64,000 bases of DNA from Clostridia bacterium (lineage in GTDB: Bacteria > Bacillota > Clostridia > Oscillospirales > CAG-272): positions 505 to 64,504 of the forward strand of contig JAFTPD010000002.1 of assembly GCA_017463485.1 (NCBI GenBank). Reading direction: 5' to 3'. The notes under the pieces are model-generated. The model saw nothing but the letters and a program-made list of their open reading frames with translations, searched no databases and was not told the origin of the DNA. Below, piece after piece: positions 16,903 through 27,500 of this stretch. A program made the position numbers and the translations under genes. How positions within the stretch are numbered: position 1 is the first letter of the stretch; the number at the start of each line of letters is the position of its first letter.

Positions 16903-17739
16903 GTGATTTTTAGCGGCGAGATTATTGCTTCAAGACAGAATAAAAATATCGTCAGACTTATGAAGCTGTCGGACAGACGTGCAAGAGAGGCGGAGCGGGT
17001 TTTCCGCTTTGACGGCGTAAAGCTCTTGTGCGAGGCGATAAAGGCGGGACTCACTTTGGATACCGTTTTTGTCAAGGCGTCGGCGGCGGATAAGCTTTGC
17101 GAGTCCATGAGCCGACTGTACGGCTACGGCTTTGAGGACGTAAAATGCCGCCTGCTTTTGGTGTCGGACGAGCTTTTTGATAAAATTTCGGAGGAAAATT
17201 CGCCCGAAGGCATAATAACTGTCGCAGAATATATTGACAAATTTCATAAAAGTTATATAATAAAGGAAGGGAATATTCCGGACGTGTCGGTGGGCGGCGT
17301 TCTTTTGCTGGAATCGGTGCGCGATCCGCAGAACGTCGGAGCGGTCATCCGCAGTGCCGCCGCGCTTGGAATCGGTTGCCTTGCTATGTCGGAGGACTGC
17401 GCGGATATCTACAATCCACGTACCGTCCGCGCGGCAATGGGTACGCTGTTTATTCAGCCTATCGTAAGAGTGAGCAGCCTTCCCGAGTACGTGCGCGCGC
17501 TCCGAAGTGCGGGACGCAAGGTGTACGCCGCCGCGCTTGATCCGTCGGCGGTTGCCCTCGGCTCGTTTGAGCTGGAAAAGGGCGCTTGCGTTGCCGTGGG
17601 CAACGAGGGGCACGGATTGTCGCAGGAGCTTATAGACGCTTGCGACGCAAAGCTGTATATTCCCATGCGAGAGGGCGCGGAATCGCTCAATGCGGCGGTT
17701 GCATCTGCGCTTATAATGTGGGAGATGGATAGGCTTTAA
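16903..17739 (+). CDS. TrmH/SpoU family RNA 2'-O-methyltransferase (RlmB-like)
   Basis: LLLESVRDPQNVGAVIRSAAALG, VGNEGHGLS and SLNAAVASAL motifs. I place the start at GTG 16903, 5 nt after GGAGGAG. The ATG at 16855 overlaps the rplT terminator. Confidence 0.8.
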   Translation: MIFSGEIIASRQNKNIVRLMKLSDRRAREAERVFRFDGVKLLCEAIKAGLTLDTVFVKASAADKLCESMSRLYGYGFEDVKCRLLLVSDELFDKISEENSPEGIITVAEYIDKFHKSYIIKEGNIPDVSVGGVLLLESVRDPQNVGAVIRSAAALGIGCLAMSEDCADIYNPRTVRAAMGTLFIQPIVRVSSLPEYVRALRSAGRKVYAAALDPSAVALGSFELEKGACVAVGNEGHGLSQELIDACDAKLYIPMREGAESLNAAVASALIMWEMDRL

Positions 17740-17762
17740 GAATTTTCGGAGGTATTTTTACT

Positions 17763-19043
17763 GTGAAGGACAGGCTTTTTCAGATATGGTTTTCGCTTCG
17801 TTGCGGAATTGCAAACAGGGAGTTCCAACAGCTTCTCGCAAGGTACGGCTCGCCCTACGCGATATTTGAGGCGGACGAGGAGGAGCTCGAAAGATTTCCC
17901 TGCTCTGACAAACTCAAAAACGCTTTGGCGAATAAGGAGCTTGACGAGAGCTATCGAATTCTCAGCTATTGTGAGCATAATCATATCGGACTTGTATTCT
18001 GGACGGACAGGGAATATCCTTCAAGCCTGAAAGTGCTTCGCGACCCACCCGTTTTGCTTTACTACAAGGGCGAGCTTCCCGATTTTGACTCGCATTTGTG
18101 CATCAGTGTGGTCGGTACTCGTAAAATGAGCGAATACGGCAAGCGTATGGCGTATAAAATAGGCTATGAGCTGGGCGCGGTCAAGGCTGTGGTCGTTTCG
18201 GGCATGGCGCTGGGAAACGACAGCGTTGCGGCGGCGGGAGCTTTGGCGGCAGGCGGTAAGACCGTCGCGGTCTTCGGCTCGGGCGTTGACGTTGTTTATC
18301 CTCCGGTGCATAAGAGATTTATGGATGAGATCCTTTTTCGTGGCGGAGCGGTAGTCAGTGAATATGCACCCGGTACTGAGCCCCTGGGGTGGAATTTTCC
18401 TGTGCGAAACCGCATAATCAGCGGACTCGGTCAGGGAACTGTGGTAATCGAAGCGGATATGCGGTCAGGCGCGCTCATCACGGCAAAAACGGCGCTGCTT
18501 CAAGGCAAGGACTTGTACGCTGTGCCGGGTAACGTAGGAGATGAAAACACGTCGGGTACAAATCAGCTTATCCACGACGGTGCGATAGTAACGCTCGGCG
18601 GCAGGGATATCCTCGAAAACTACGAATTTCTGTATAGAAATACGCTTGACATGGCAAGACTCGGCAAGGCGGAAAAGAATTCGGGCCATGACGACGCATT
18701 CCTTGACAAGCTCGGCGTATATAGCCGCGTGATAAAGAGATTCGTTCCAGCGGAGAAGCCGAGCGAGCCAATAGCTCCAAAGCAAAAAACACAGTCTGAA
18801 AAGCCGAAGGCACAGACTGTCAAGCGTGAGGCGGCAGTAGGGGACGACTCCGAAAAAATTCTGCTGACCTTGACCGAAAAGCAAAGAAACATATTTTCGG
18901 CGTTGCCTCTTGACAGAGCAGTGCCGGTGGATCATATCACCCGCGAGGGCTTTGCGCTCTCCGACGTGATAGCGGCAATGACCATCCTTGAGATCAAAGG
19001 ACTCGTCGTGTCACTGCCGGGCGGACTTTATTCACGCAAGTGA
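17763..19043 (+). CDS. dprA: DNA processing protein DprA (Smf)
   Basis: 426 aa with a GTG start after GGAGGT. Rossmann-like block VVSGMALGNDSVAAAGALAAGGKTVAVFGSGVDVVYP, and the expected position before topA. Confidence 0.88.
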   Translation: MKDRLFQIWFSLRCGIANREFQQLLARYGSPYAIFEADEEELERFPCSDKLKNALANKELDESYRILSYCEHNHIGLVFWTDREYPSSLKVLRDPPVLLYYKGELPDFDSHLCISVVGTRKMSEYGKRMAYKIGYELGAVKAVVVSGMALGNDSVAAAGALAAGGKTVAVFGSGVDVVYPPVHKRFMDEILFRGGAVVSEYAPGTEPLGWNFPVRNRIISGLGQGTVVIEADMRSGALITAKTALLQGKDLYAVPGNVGDENTSGTNQLIHDGAIVTLGGRDILENYEFLYRNTLDMARLGKAEKNSGHDDAFLDKLGVYSRVIKRFVPAEKPSEPIAPKQKTQSEKPKAQTVKREAAVGDDSEKILLTLTEKQRNIFSALPLDRAVPVDHITREGFALSDVIAAMTILEIKGLVVSLPGGLYSRK

Positions 19044-19083
19044 TCGCCCAAAACTAAAACCGTTGAAAGGAAAAGTCATATCG

Positions 19084-21366
19084 ATGGCAATACTCGTTAT
19101 TCTGGAGTCACCCTCCAAGGCAAATACCGTCAAGGGCTACCTCGGCTCAAACTATAAGGTCATGGCGTCCGTAGGACACGTGCGCGACCTGCCGAAAAGC
19201 ACCCTCGGCGTTGACATTGAAAATAATTTTGAAGCTCACTATATAAATATCCGCGGTAAGGGCGACCTTATCAAGGACCTCCGACGCGAGGCGAAGGCGG
19301 CATCCAAGGTCTACCTTGCAACCGACCCTGACCGCGAGGGAGAGGCTATTTCGTGGCATCTCGCGGCGGCTTTGGATATTCCCGTGGAAAACGTACAGCG
19401 CGTTACCTTCAACGAGGTCACAAAGAACGTGGTAAAGGCTTCCATCAAGCAGCCCCGCGGACTTGACATGAACCTTGTAAACGCACAGCAGACAAGAAGA
19501 ATTCTTGACAGAATAGTAGGCTATAAGCTTTCTCCCTTCCTTTGGAAGACGGTAAAGAGCGGTCTTTCCGCAGGCCGCGTTCAGTCTGTGGCGACCAAGA
19601 TAGTCGTTGACAGAGAAAACGAGATCCGCGCCTTCAATCCTCAGGAATACTGGACAGTTGACGCAACTCTTATCACCGACGAGCAAAAGAGCTTCACCGC
19701 AAGATTTTACGGTGATGCGAGCGGAAAGATAAAGCTGAAAACGGGCGAGGACGCACAGCGTATCGTTGACGCCGTCACGGGCAGACAGTTTGAGGTTGCG
19801 TCCGTTAAGCGCAGCACCAAGAAAAAGCACCCCGCACCGCCCTTTACCACCTCCACCCTTCAGCAGGAGGGCTCACGTAAGCTCGGCTTCCAGTCACAGC
19901 GAATCATGCGCGTGGCGCAGGAGCTTTATGAAGGTGTAAACGTAGGAGCTGAATTCGGCGGACTCCAAGGTCTTATCACTTACATGCGTACCGACTCCGT
20001 CCGCGTGTCTGCGGATGCTCAGGCGGCGGCGCGTGAGCTTATAATATCCAAGTACGGCGAGAAATACTATCCCGCTACCGCAAGAAACTATAAGACCAAG
20101 GCAGGCGCACAGGACGCGCACGAGGCTATCCGTCCCGCAAAGGTGGAGCTGGAGCCGTCTATGATCCGCCGCGCACTGACCCCCGATCAGTATAAGCTGT
20201 ATAAGCTTATCTGGGAAAGATTCGTGGCAAGCCAGATGGAGTCTGCGGATCTTGCAACCCTCACCCTTGATTTCGATTGTCGCGGTTACATTTTCCGCAC
20301 AAGCGGATATACTGTGACATTCCCCGGATACATGGCTGTCTACGAGGAGTCGGTTGACGAATCCAAGCGTTCTCCCGCTGACGAGCCGGAGGAGCAGAGA
20401 GATCTGCGCGTGCCTCCGCTTAATAAGGGCGATATGCTGGATTCGGGCGATATTATCCCAACTCAGCACTTTACCGAGCCGCCTCCAAGATATACCGAGG
20501 CGTCGCTTACCAAATATCTTGAGGAGAAGGGAATCGGACGTCCGAGTACATTTGCGACTATCATCACCACCATTATTTCGCGCGGTTACGTTAAGCGCGA
20601 GGGTAAGTCGCTTGCTCCCACCGAGCTTGGCGAGGTGACCACCAAGATAATGGCGGAGCAGTTTGAAACTATCGTTGACGAAAAGTTCACGGCAAAGATG
20701 GAGCGCGAGCTTGATGATATCGAAAGCGGTAAGAAGGATATGCAGGACGTGCTTGCAACCTTCTGGAAGGGCTTTGAAAAGCAGCTTGGTCGCGCGCAGG
20801 AGAATATGGCGAATACCACCATCACCGTTCCTGTCGAGAAGACCGATTTTATCTGCGATAAGTGCGGCAGCACTATGATAATCAAAAACGGACGCTTTGG
20901 CAAATTTGCCGCATGTCCCAATTATCCGCAGTGTAAGAATACCCGCCCGCTGACAGAGTCGAAGCCTCAACCTAAGGCTGTGGAACCGACGGTGGATATG
21001 CCCGAGGGCATGAAATGCGAGAAGTGCGGCGCGGATATGGTACTCCGTAGCGGACGTTACGGCAGCTTCTATGCTTGCTCGCGCTATCCCGAATGTAAGT
21101 TCATCAAGCAGAAGCATAAGGAGATAGGCGTACCTTGTCCAAAGTGCGGCTCTGCTATCGTAGTAAAAACAGGACGCAATAAAACGGTGTTCTACAGCTG
21201 TGAAAAATATCCCGAGTGCGATTTCTCCTCATGGGATATTCCCACCGCAGAAAAATGCCCGAAATGCGGAAAAATGCTCTTCCGCAAGAAGGGAAAGGCA
21301 CTGCTCGTTTGCCACGATACGGCATGCGGCTACTCTGCTCCCGACGAGCGCGAGCAGGATAAATAA
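19084..21366 (+). CDS. topA: DNA topoisomerase I (type IA) with four C-terminal zinc ribbons
   Basis: The start is ATG 19084 (MAILVILESPSKANTVKGYLG). Toprim DPDREGEAISWH is present, with the active-site region around YMRTDS. The C-terminus carries CDKCGS..CPNYPQC, CEKCGA..CSRYPEC, CPKCGS..CEKYPEC and CPKCGK motifs. Confidence 0.95.
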   Translation: MAILVILESPSKANTVKGYLGSNYKVMASVGHVRDLPKSTLGVDIENNFEAHYINIRGKGDLIKDLRREAKAASKVYLATDPDREGEAISWHLAAALDIPVENVQRVTFNEVTKNVVKASIKQPRGLDMNLVNAQQTRRILDRIVGYKLSPFLWKTVKSGLSAGRVQSVATKIVVDRENEIRAFNPQEYWTVDATLITDEQKSFTARFYGDASGKIKLKTGEDAQRIVDAVTGRQFEVASVKRSTKKKHPAPPFTTSTLQQEGSRKLGFQSQRIMRVAQELYEGVNVGAEFGGLQGLITYMRTDSVRVSADAQAAARELIISKYGEKYYPATARNYKTKAGAQDAHEAIRPAKVELEPSMIRRALTPDQYKLYKLIWERFVASQMESADLATLTLDFDCRGYIFRTSGYTVTFPGYMAVYEESVDESKRSPADEPEEQRDLRVPPLNKGDMLDSGDIIPTQHFTEPPPRYTEASLTKYLEEKGIGRPSTFATIITTIISRGYVKREGKSLAPTELGEVTTKIMAEQFETIVDEKFTAKMERELDDIESGKKDMQDVLATFWKGFEKQLGRAQENMANTTITVPVEKTDFICDKCGSTMIIKNGRFGKFAACPNYPQCKNTRPLTESKPQPKAVEPTVDMPEGMKCEKCGADMVLRSGRYGSFYACSRYPECKFIKQKHKEIGVPCPKCGSAIVVKTGRNKTVFYSCEKYPECDFSSWDIPTAEKCPKCGKMLFRKKGKALLVCHDTACGYSAPDEREQDK

Positions 21367-21387
21367 GCAAAAACGAAAGAATAGATT

Positions 21388-22728
21388 ATGGCAACAGTAA
21401 ACATCTTCGGCGCAGGACTTGCAGGCTGCGAGGCGGCGTGGGTGGCGGCGAATATGGGTGTGGGCGTGCGGCTGTACGAAATGAAGCCGCAGAAATTCAC
21501 ACCCGCCCACCACGATCCGAATTTTGCGGAGCTTGTATGCTCGAATTCTCTGCGCTCCGACCGTGTGACCGTGGCGTCGGGATTGCTAAAAAGTGAGCTT
21601 GAACGCTTCGGTTCGCTTATCATGGAAGCCGCTCGCGCAACTCAGGTCGCGGCGGGCTCGGCTCTTGCGGTCGACCGTGAAAAATTTTCCGCGTATATCA
21701 CGGAAAAGATAAAAAATCACCCCCATATTAGTGTAATTGAGGAGGAGGTCACGTCTATTCCCGACGAGGGAATTACCGTTGTTGCAACGGGACCGCTTAC
21801 CTCCGACGCTATGGCGGAATATATCAGGGGCGAGCTTGGTATCGGCGGACTTCATTTCTTTGATGCGGTCGCGCCTATCGTGGATGCGGAAAGCATCAAC
21901 TACGACGTTGCGTATTTCGCCTCCCGATACGATAAGGGAGATGCGGATTATATCAACTGTCCTATGGACAGGGAGCAGTACGACGCGTTCTATAACGCGC
22001 TGGTTACCGCCGAGGAAGCACAGCTCAAGGAATTCGACAAGGATTTCCAAAAGGAGCTGAAGGTCTTTGAGGGCTGTATGCCCGTTGAGGTAATGGCAAA
22101 GCGCGGCTACGACACCTTGCGTTACGGTCCCTTAAAGCCCGTAGGACTTGTGGACAAGCGCACAGGTAAGGAAGCCTTTGCGGTAGTTCAGCTTCGCCGT
22201 GAGAACGAGGAGGGAACTATGTATAACCTCGTCGGATTTCAGACGCATCTGACCTTCCCCGAGCAAAAGCGTGTGTTCTCCATGATACCGGGACTTGAAA
22301 ACGCGCAGTTTCTGCGCTACGGCGTGATGCACAGAAACACCTATCTGCCGTCGCCCGAGTTGTTGGATGCGGATTATTCAATGCGAACACGCCCGAATTT
22401 GTTCTTCGCGGGACAGATGACGGGAGTTGAGGGTTATATCGAGTCAACTGGCTCGGGCTACGTTGCGGGACTTAATGCTGCCCGTCGCGCGCTCGGACTT
22501 GATAAGATAATTTTCCCCGTGACGACAATGATAGGCGCTATGGCGCACTATATCAGCCACGGCGGAGTGGGGGATTTCGTCCCCATGAACGCAAATTTCG
22601 GTATCGTTCCTCCTCTTGAATTCAGAGTAAAGGGCGGAAAGGTGGCAAGATACGAGGTGGTCGCACAGCGTGCCGCCGACGAGCTTACGAAATTTGCACA
22701 GTCCGTAGGACTCGAGCTTGTGAGGTAA
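21388..22728 (+). CDS. trmFO: methylenetetrahydrofolate--tRNA-(uracil-5-)-methyltransferase TrmFO
   Basis: 446 aa. FAD-binding VNIFGAGLAGCEAAW and AELVCSNSLRS, in the conserved position after topA. Confidence 0.92.
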   Translation: MATVNIFGAGLAGCEAAWVAANMGVGVRLYEMKPQKFTPAHHDPNFAELVCSNSLRSDRVTVASGLLKSELERFGSLIMEAARATQVAAGSALAVDREKFSAYITEKIKNHPHISVIEEEVTSIPDEGITVVATGPLTSDAMAEYIRGELGIGGLHFFDAVAPIVDAESINYDVAYFASRYDKGDADYINCPMDREQYDAFYNALVTAEEAQLKEFDKDFQKELKVFEGCMPVEVMAKRGYDTLRYGPLKPVGLVDKRTGKEAFAVVQLRRENEEGTMYNLVGFQTHLTFPEQKRVFSMIPGLENAQFLRYGVMHRNTYLPSPELLDADYSMRTRPNLFFAGQMTGVEGYIESTGSGYVAGLNAARRALGLDKIIFPVTTMIGAMAHYISHGGVGDFVPMNANFGIVPPLEFRVKGGKVARYEVVAQRAADELTKFAQSVGLELVR

Positions 22729-22731
22729 AGC

Positions 22732-23742
22732 ATGAAAATTATAATAGATTGCATGGGCGGTGACAACGCCCCCGCCGAAATGCTTAAAGGAGCGGTTGCG
22801 GCGAAGGGAGAGCTTGGCGGCGAATATATCCTTGTGGGACATAAGGAAAAGCTGTCCGCCTGCGCCGCAGAGCTGGGACTCTCGCTTGACGGCTTTGAGA
22901 TCCTTCACGCGGAGGACGTCGTTACTATGGAGGACGACGCTATGGCGGCTGCCAAGACCAAAAAGGATTCGTCTATGGCGGTGGGATTACGTGCGCTTGC
23001 AGAAGGCGCGGGGGATGCTATCGTCAGCTGTGGAAACACGGGTGCACTGTTCTCGGGCGCTACGCTGATCGTCAAGCGCGCCAAGGGAATTCACCGCGCG
23101 GCAATAGCCACTGTGCTTCCTTACGACCCGCCCGTTCTGCTCTTGGATTCGGGGGCTAACGTGGTAGTCACCACGGAGCATCTCGTGGAATTCGCCGTAA
23201 TGGGCGCGAGCTACTATTCCAAGCTGTTCGGCGTGGAAGATCCTAAAGTCGGACTCCTCTCCAACGGCACGGAAGAAACCAAGGGTACGCCGCTTTGCCG
23301 CGAGGCTTATGAAAGGCTTACCGAGGCAAAGGAAACCATGGGAGTTAATTTTGTCGGTAACGTGGAGGCGGGAGCTGTACCGTTTGGCGCGTGTCACGTG
23401 GTGGTCACCGACGGATTTACGGGTAACATTCTGCTCAAAACCGTTGAGGGCGCAGGAAAATTGGTAATGGGACGTCTCAAGGGAATGTTTTATTCCTCGG
23501 CTCTCACAAAGCTCGCCGCGCTCATAATGAAAAAGCATCTTGCGGGCTTTAAGCATTCGTTTGACGCGACCGAGCACGGCGGAAGCCCCATTCTCGGTAT
23601 TTCAAAGCCGGTGATAAAGGCGCACGGCTCGTCTAACGCAAAGGCGTTCAAGAATGCTATCAGACAAGCCAAAACATACGCCGAGTCGGGCGCTATCGAT
23701 CATATAAGTCAGGTCATGCAGTCAAAGGAAGGTCAGCTTTGA
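22732..23742 (+). CDS. plsX: phosphate acyltransferase PlsX
   Basis: 336 aa: MKIIIDCMGGDNAP..., VSCGNTGAL, and TDGFTGNILLKT. Confidence 0.93.
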   Translation: MKIIIDCMGGDNAPAEMLKGAVAAKGELGGEYILVGHKEKLSACAAELGLSLDGFEILHAEDVVTMEDDAMAAAKTKKDSSMAVGLRALAEGAGDAIVSCGNTGALFSGATLIVKRAKGIHRAAIATVLPYDPPVLLLDSGANVVVTTEHLVEFAVMGASYYSKLFGVEDPKVGLLSNGTEETKGTPLCREAYERLTEAKETMGVNFVGNVEAGAVPFGACHVVVTDGFTGNILLKTVEGAGKLVMGRLKGMFYSSALTKLAALIMKKHLAGFKHSFDATEHGGSPILGISKPVIKAHGSSNAKAFKNAIRQAKTYAESGAIDHISQVMQSKEGQL

Positions 23743-23781
23743 TCTGAATTTTGAATTTTTCCCGAAAGGAGGAGTGTTGAG

Positions 23782-24510
23782 ATGAGTTGTACGGGAAAGG
23801 AATATATAAATACAGCGGCGCTTGAAGCCCGTATAGGTCACCGCTTTTCGCGCCGTGAGCTGCTTGTGCGTGCGCTGACTCACTCGTCCTATTCCAACGA
23901 ATCGGGAGAGCGCAACCATCATCTGCTGTGCAACGAGCGGCTGGAGTTTTTGGGCGACTCGGTGTTGTCAGTAGTCGTCAGCGAGTATCTTTTCGGTAAA
24001 TACCCCGACAGAACGGAGGGAGAGCTGACAAAGATACGAAGCGAGGTAGTCTGCACCAAGGCGCTTGCAACCTACGCTCGCGAATTGGAGCTTGGAAAAT
24101 ACCTGCTGCTCGGTATCGGCGAAGCGCGAAACGGCGGAAGTGATAACGAAAATATACTTGAGGATGCGTTTGAGGCGTTGCTCGCGGCATTGTACCTCGA
24201 TTGTGGAGATAACGGCAAAAACACCGTGTCGGCATTGGTAATTCCGTTTGTGGAGCGGTATATTGCGGCTATGGAAGAGCGCGGAGGCGACGGAGATTAT
24301 AAGACACCCCTCCAGCAGCTCGTACAGCAATCGGGCAGTGATATCCTCGAATACGTGCTGGTAGGCGAGAGCGGCCCTGACCACATGAAGACCTTTGAGG
24401 TGGAGGCGCGGCTGAATTCCAACGTGCTGGGACGCGGCACGGGTCGCTCCAAGCGAAAGGCGGAGCAGGCGGCGGCAAAGGCGGCGCTGGAGCTTTTCGG
24501 AGTTAAATAA
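23782..24510 (+). CDS. rnc: ribonuclease III
   Basis: 242 aa. RNase III signature NERLEFLGDSVL and a C-terminal dsRBD (GPDHMKTFEV...GRSKRKAEQAAA). Confidence 0.94.
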   Translation: MSCTGKEYINTAALEARIGHRFSRRELLVRALTHSSYSNESGERNHHLLCNERLEFLGDSVLSVVVSEYLFGKYPDRTEGELTKIRSEVVCTKALATYARELELGKYLLLGIGEARNGGSDNENILEDAFEALLAALYLDCGDNGKNTVSALVIPFVERYIAAMEERGGDGDYKTPLQQLVQQSGSDILEYVLVGESGPDHMKTFEVEARLNSNVLGRGTGRSKRKAEQAAAKAALELFGVK

Positions 24511-24555
24511 TAAGCGAATATCACAAATCTCGATTTTTTGAAAAGGAGAGAGCAA

Positions 24556-27500
24556 GTGTACTTAAAATCAATAGAAATGCAAGGCTTCAAGTCCTTTCCC
24601 GACAGGACGAAGCTGGTTTTTGACAAGCGGGATGCCGCTGGAGAGGACGGAGCGGGTGTTACCGTAATCGTCGGACCTAACGGAAGCGGAAAGTCCAATG
24701 TTGCTGACGCTATGCGCTGGGTGCTTGGAGAAATATCCTCCAAAACTCTGCGCGGAAGCAAGATGGAGGACGTTATCTTCGGCGGTGCGGACAGCCGCCG
24801 TCCTATGGGCTTTGCGGAGGTTTCGGTCACCTTTGATAACACGTCAGGGCAGGGACGCCTTGACTGTCCTTACGACGAGGTCATTGTAACTCGCCGTTAT
24901 TTCCGCGCGGGTGAGAGTGAGTATCTCATCAACCGCAAGCCCGTAAGACTTCGTGATATCTACGAGCTGTTCCTTAACACAGGTATTGGACGTGACGGAT
25001 ATTCCATTATCGGACAAGGAAAAATCGCAGAGATCATATCGCAAAAGAGCGACGAGCGCCGCAGTATTTTTGAGGACGCATCAGGTATTGCAAAGTATAG
25101 AGTCAAGAAAAACGAGGCAACGCGCAAGCTGGATGCCACCGAGGCGAATATGACGCGAATCCGCGACATTTTTCTTGAGGTCGAGGCGCAGGTCGGACCT
25201 CTGGAGAGAGAATCCGAGAAGGCAAAGCGTGCACTGGTTCTGCTCGACAGCAAAAAGCGTGCGGATATCAGTCTTTGGCTGTACGACACCGAGAAGCTGA
25301 AGACCAATATCGACTCTGCGGAGGAGATACGCGCGCACGCATCCTTCGACCTTTCGCAGGCAGATGACGAGCTGCAGTCGCTTGACGTGCAGAATAAGCG
25401 TCTTATGGAAATTTCCCAGAACAGCAAGCAGGCTTCTGCTGAGCTGCTGGATGAGATAAGCGGACTTACCGAGGTCATTCATAAGCTGGACAGCACCTTT
25501 AAGGTGACGGAAAACAATATCGCGCATACCAAGGAGCTGATCGAGTCGGCATCCGAAAACAAGCAGGCGCTTTTGCGTCAGCGTGACGGAGAGATGGCAC
25601 AGCTCAAAGCGCACAAGGAGCGCATAGCACAGCTTGAGGACTCTGTGAAGGAGGAGCGCACGGCGTTTGATTCAAATGCTCGCGAGATAGTTGAGCTTCA
25701 GGAAAAGGTCAGCACGCTTGATACGGATATTGCTTTGATATCAAAGGATATTTCGGATAGCGAGAGCGAGGCTGTGGATATGGCTGTGCGCGTTTCCGTG
25801 TTGGAAAATGCAAGGGATTCGGGCAACGACCGTAACAGCGGCATCATCAGTGAGATGGAGCAGTACGAGAGCGTTTCACGCGACCTTGAAGGAAAGTGCG
25901 CCGAGCAGCAAAAAAAGGTGGATAAGTATAACGCAACCTTTGAGGAAGCGCAGGCGAAATTCGAGGAATGCGACAAGCGACTTTCCGAGCTTAACGGTCA
26001 GTACGGCGAGATGTACGAGCGCATGACGGGCGAAAAGCTCCGCCGCGATTCCATAGCGCAGAGAATTGCCACCTACAAATCTATGGAGGAGCATTTCGAG
26101 GGCTACGCCGCAAGCGTGCGTTACGTTATGAAGCAGTACGCCGAGGGGAATATCCGCGACTTCCACGGAAATTCCTGCGGTAAGATATACGGACCTCTCT
26201 CCAAGGTGATTTCCGTTGATACTCCTTATATTACGGCTATCGAAACGGCTCTTGGTGCGAACCTTCAGAATATCGTTGTCGAGGACGAGGCTACCGCAAA
26301 GTCGGCTATGTATTGCCTCAAACGCGGCGAGGCGGGAAGGGCAACCTTCTTCCCCCTGACCTCCATGCGTCCGTCAAGCCAGACCGACGAGATGCGTCAG
26401 GCGGCGGGATACGAGGGATATGTCGCCTTAGCGGACACACTCGTTTCCTACGACGCGAAATTTACAAACGTAATTTCGTCCTTGCTTGGACGAACCGTGG
26501 TCTTTGACAATATCGACAACGCCACCAAAATGGCAAAGTCGCTTAAATTCCGCGTCCGCGTGGTAACGCTTGACGGTCAGCAGATAAACGTCGGCGGTTC
26601 CTTCACGGGTGGTTCTGCAGCGCAGAAAAACGGCGCTTTGAGCCGCGCGGGTGAGGTCAAGCGCATGACAGAGGAGCTTGCTTCGCTTGAAGAAAAGCTG
26701 AAAACGCAGGAGAGCGAGCTTGCTGCTGTCAAGTCACAGATCGCTAAGGCTGACAACGAGAGAATGTCTTGCGAGGACAAGAGGGAGCTGTCGCGCGTGC
26801 TTCGCGCATCCGAGCAGTCCCAGCTTGATCAGCTCCAGGCAAAGCTTGACGCAAATAATACGTTGCTTTCGCGTATGCGCGAGGACTGCGAGCAGATACT
26901 TAAAATGAGCGAGCAGTACGAGGAGGATATGAAAACTCTGCGCGCCGACGAAAAAGCGTTGCGTGAGAAGATCGAACAGCTTCGCGAGCTTAAAATGGAA
27001 AAGGCGGAAGCCAAGGGCGACGCGGAGGATAGCGTCGACAGACTCGAATCCGAGCAGACTCGTCTGTTCATCAAGATGAGCGAGATAAATAAGGACATTG
27101 AAACCGAGGAGACCCTGATCCGCGTGTGCGAGGAAAGAATAGCAATTTGTGATGCGGATATCTCTGCCGCAGACGAGCGCACCGAGGCGCACACGCAGAG
27201 AATAAGCGACTACGAGGTGGCGCAGACAGAAAACCGCAAGCAGGCGGACGCTAACCGAAAAGTGCTTGATGAGCTTACCAAAAAACGCGCCGTCGCAGAG
27301 CAGAACAGCGCAGAATTTGAAGAAAAGCTGGCGGCTCTGTCCGAAAAGCTTCGCGCAAAGATGTCCGAAAAGGAAAACATCTTCCGCGAGTTTACAACGG
27401 CAGATGCCAAGCTCAATACGCTCAAAGCTGATATGGATAAGCTGTCAAGCAAGCTGTGGGACGACTATGAGATAACCCGCGCAGAGGCGCTTGGACTCGG

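Noticed and set aside
19894-21117. A 407-aa minus-strand ORF antisense to topA. Similar long antisense ORFs occur at 37090-38175 (secA), 11489-12574 (ynbB-like), 10289-11293 (M42), 5366-6373 (parE), 27697-28602 (smc/ftsY) and 52848-53405
   Set aside because: All are embedded in genes with unambiguous conserved motifs on the other strand. They lack RBSs, and their composition is low-complexity and Arg/Leu/Cys-rich. They are shadow ORFs.
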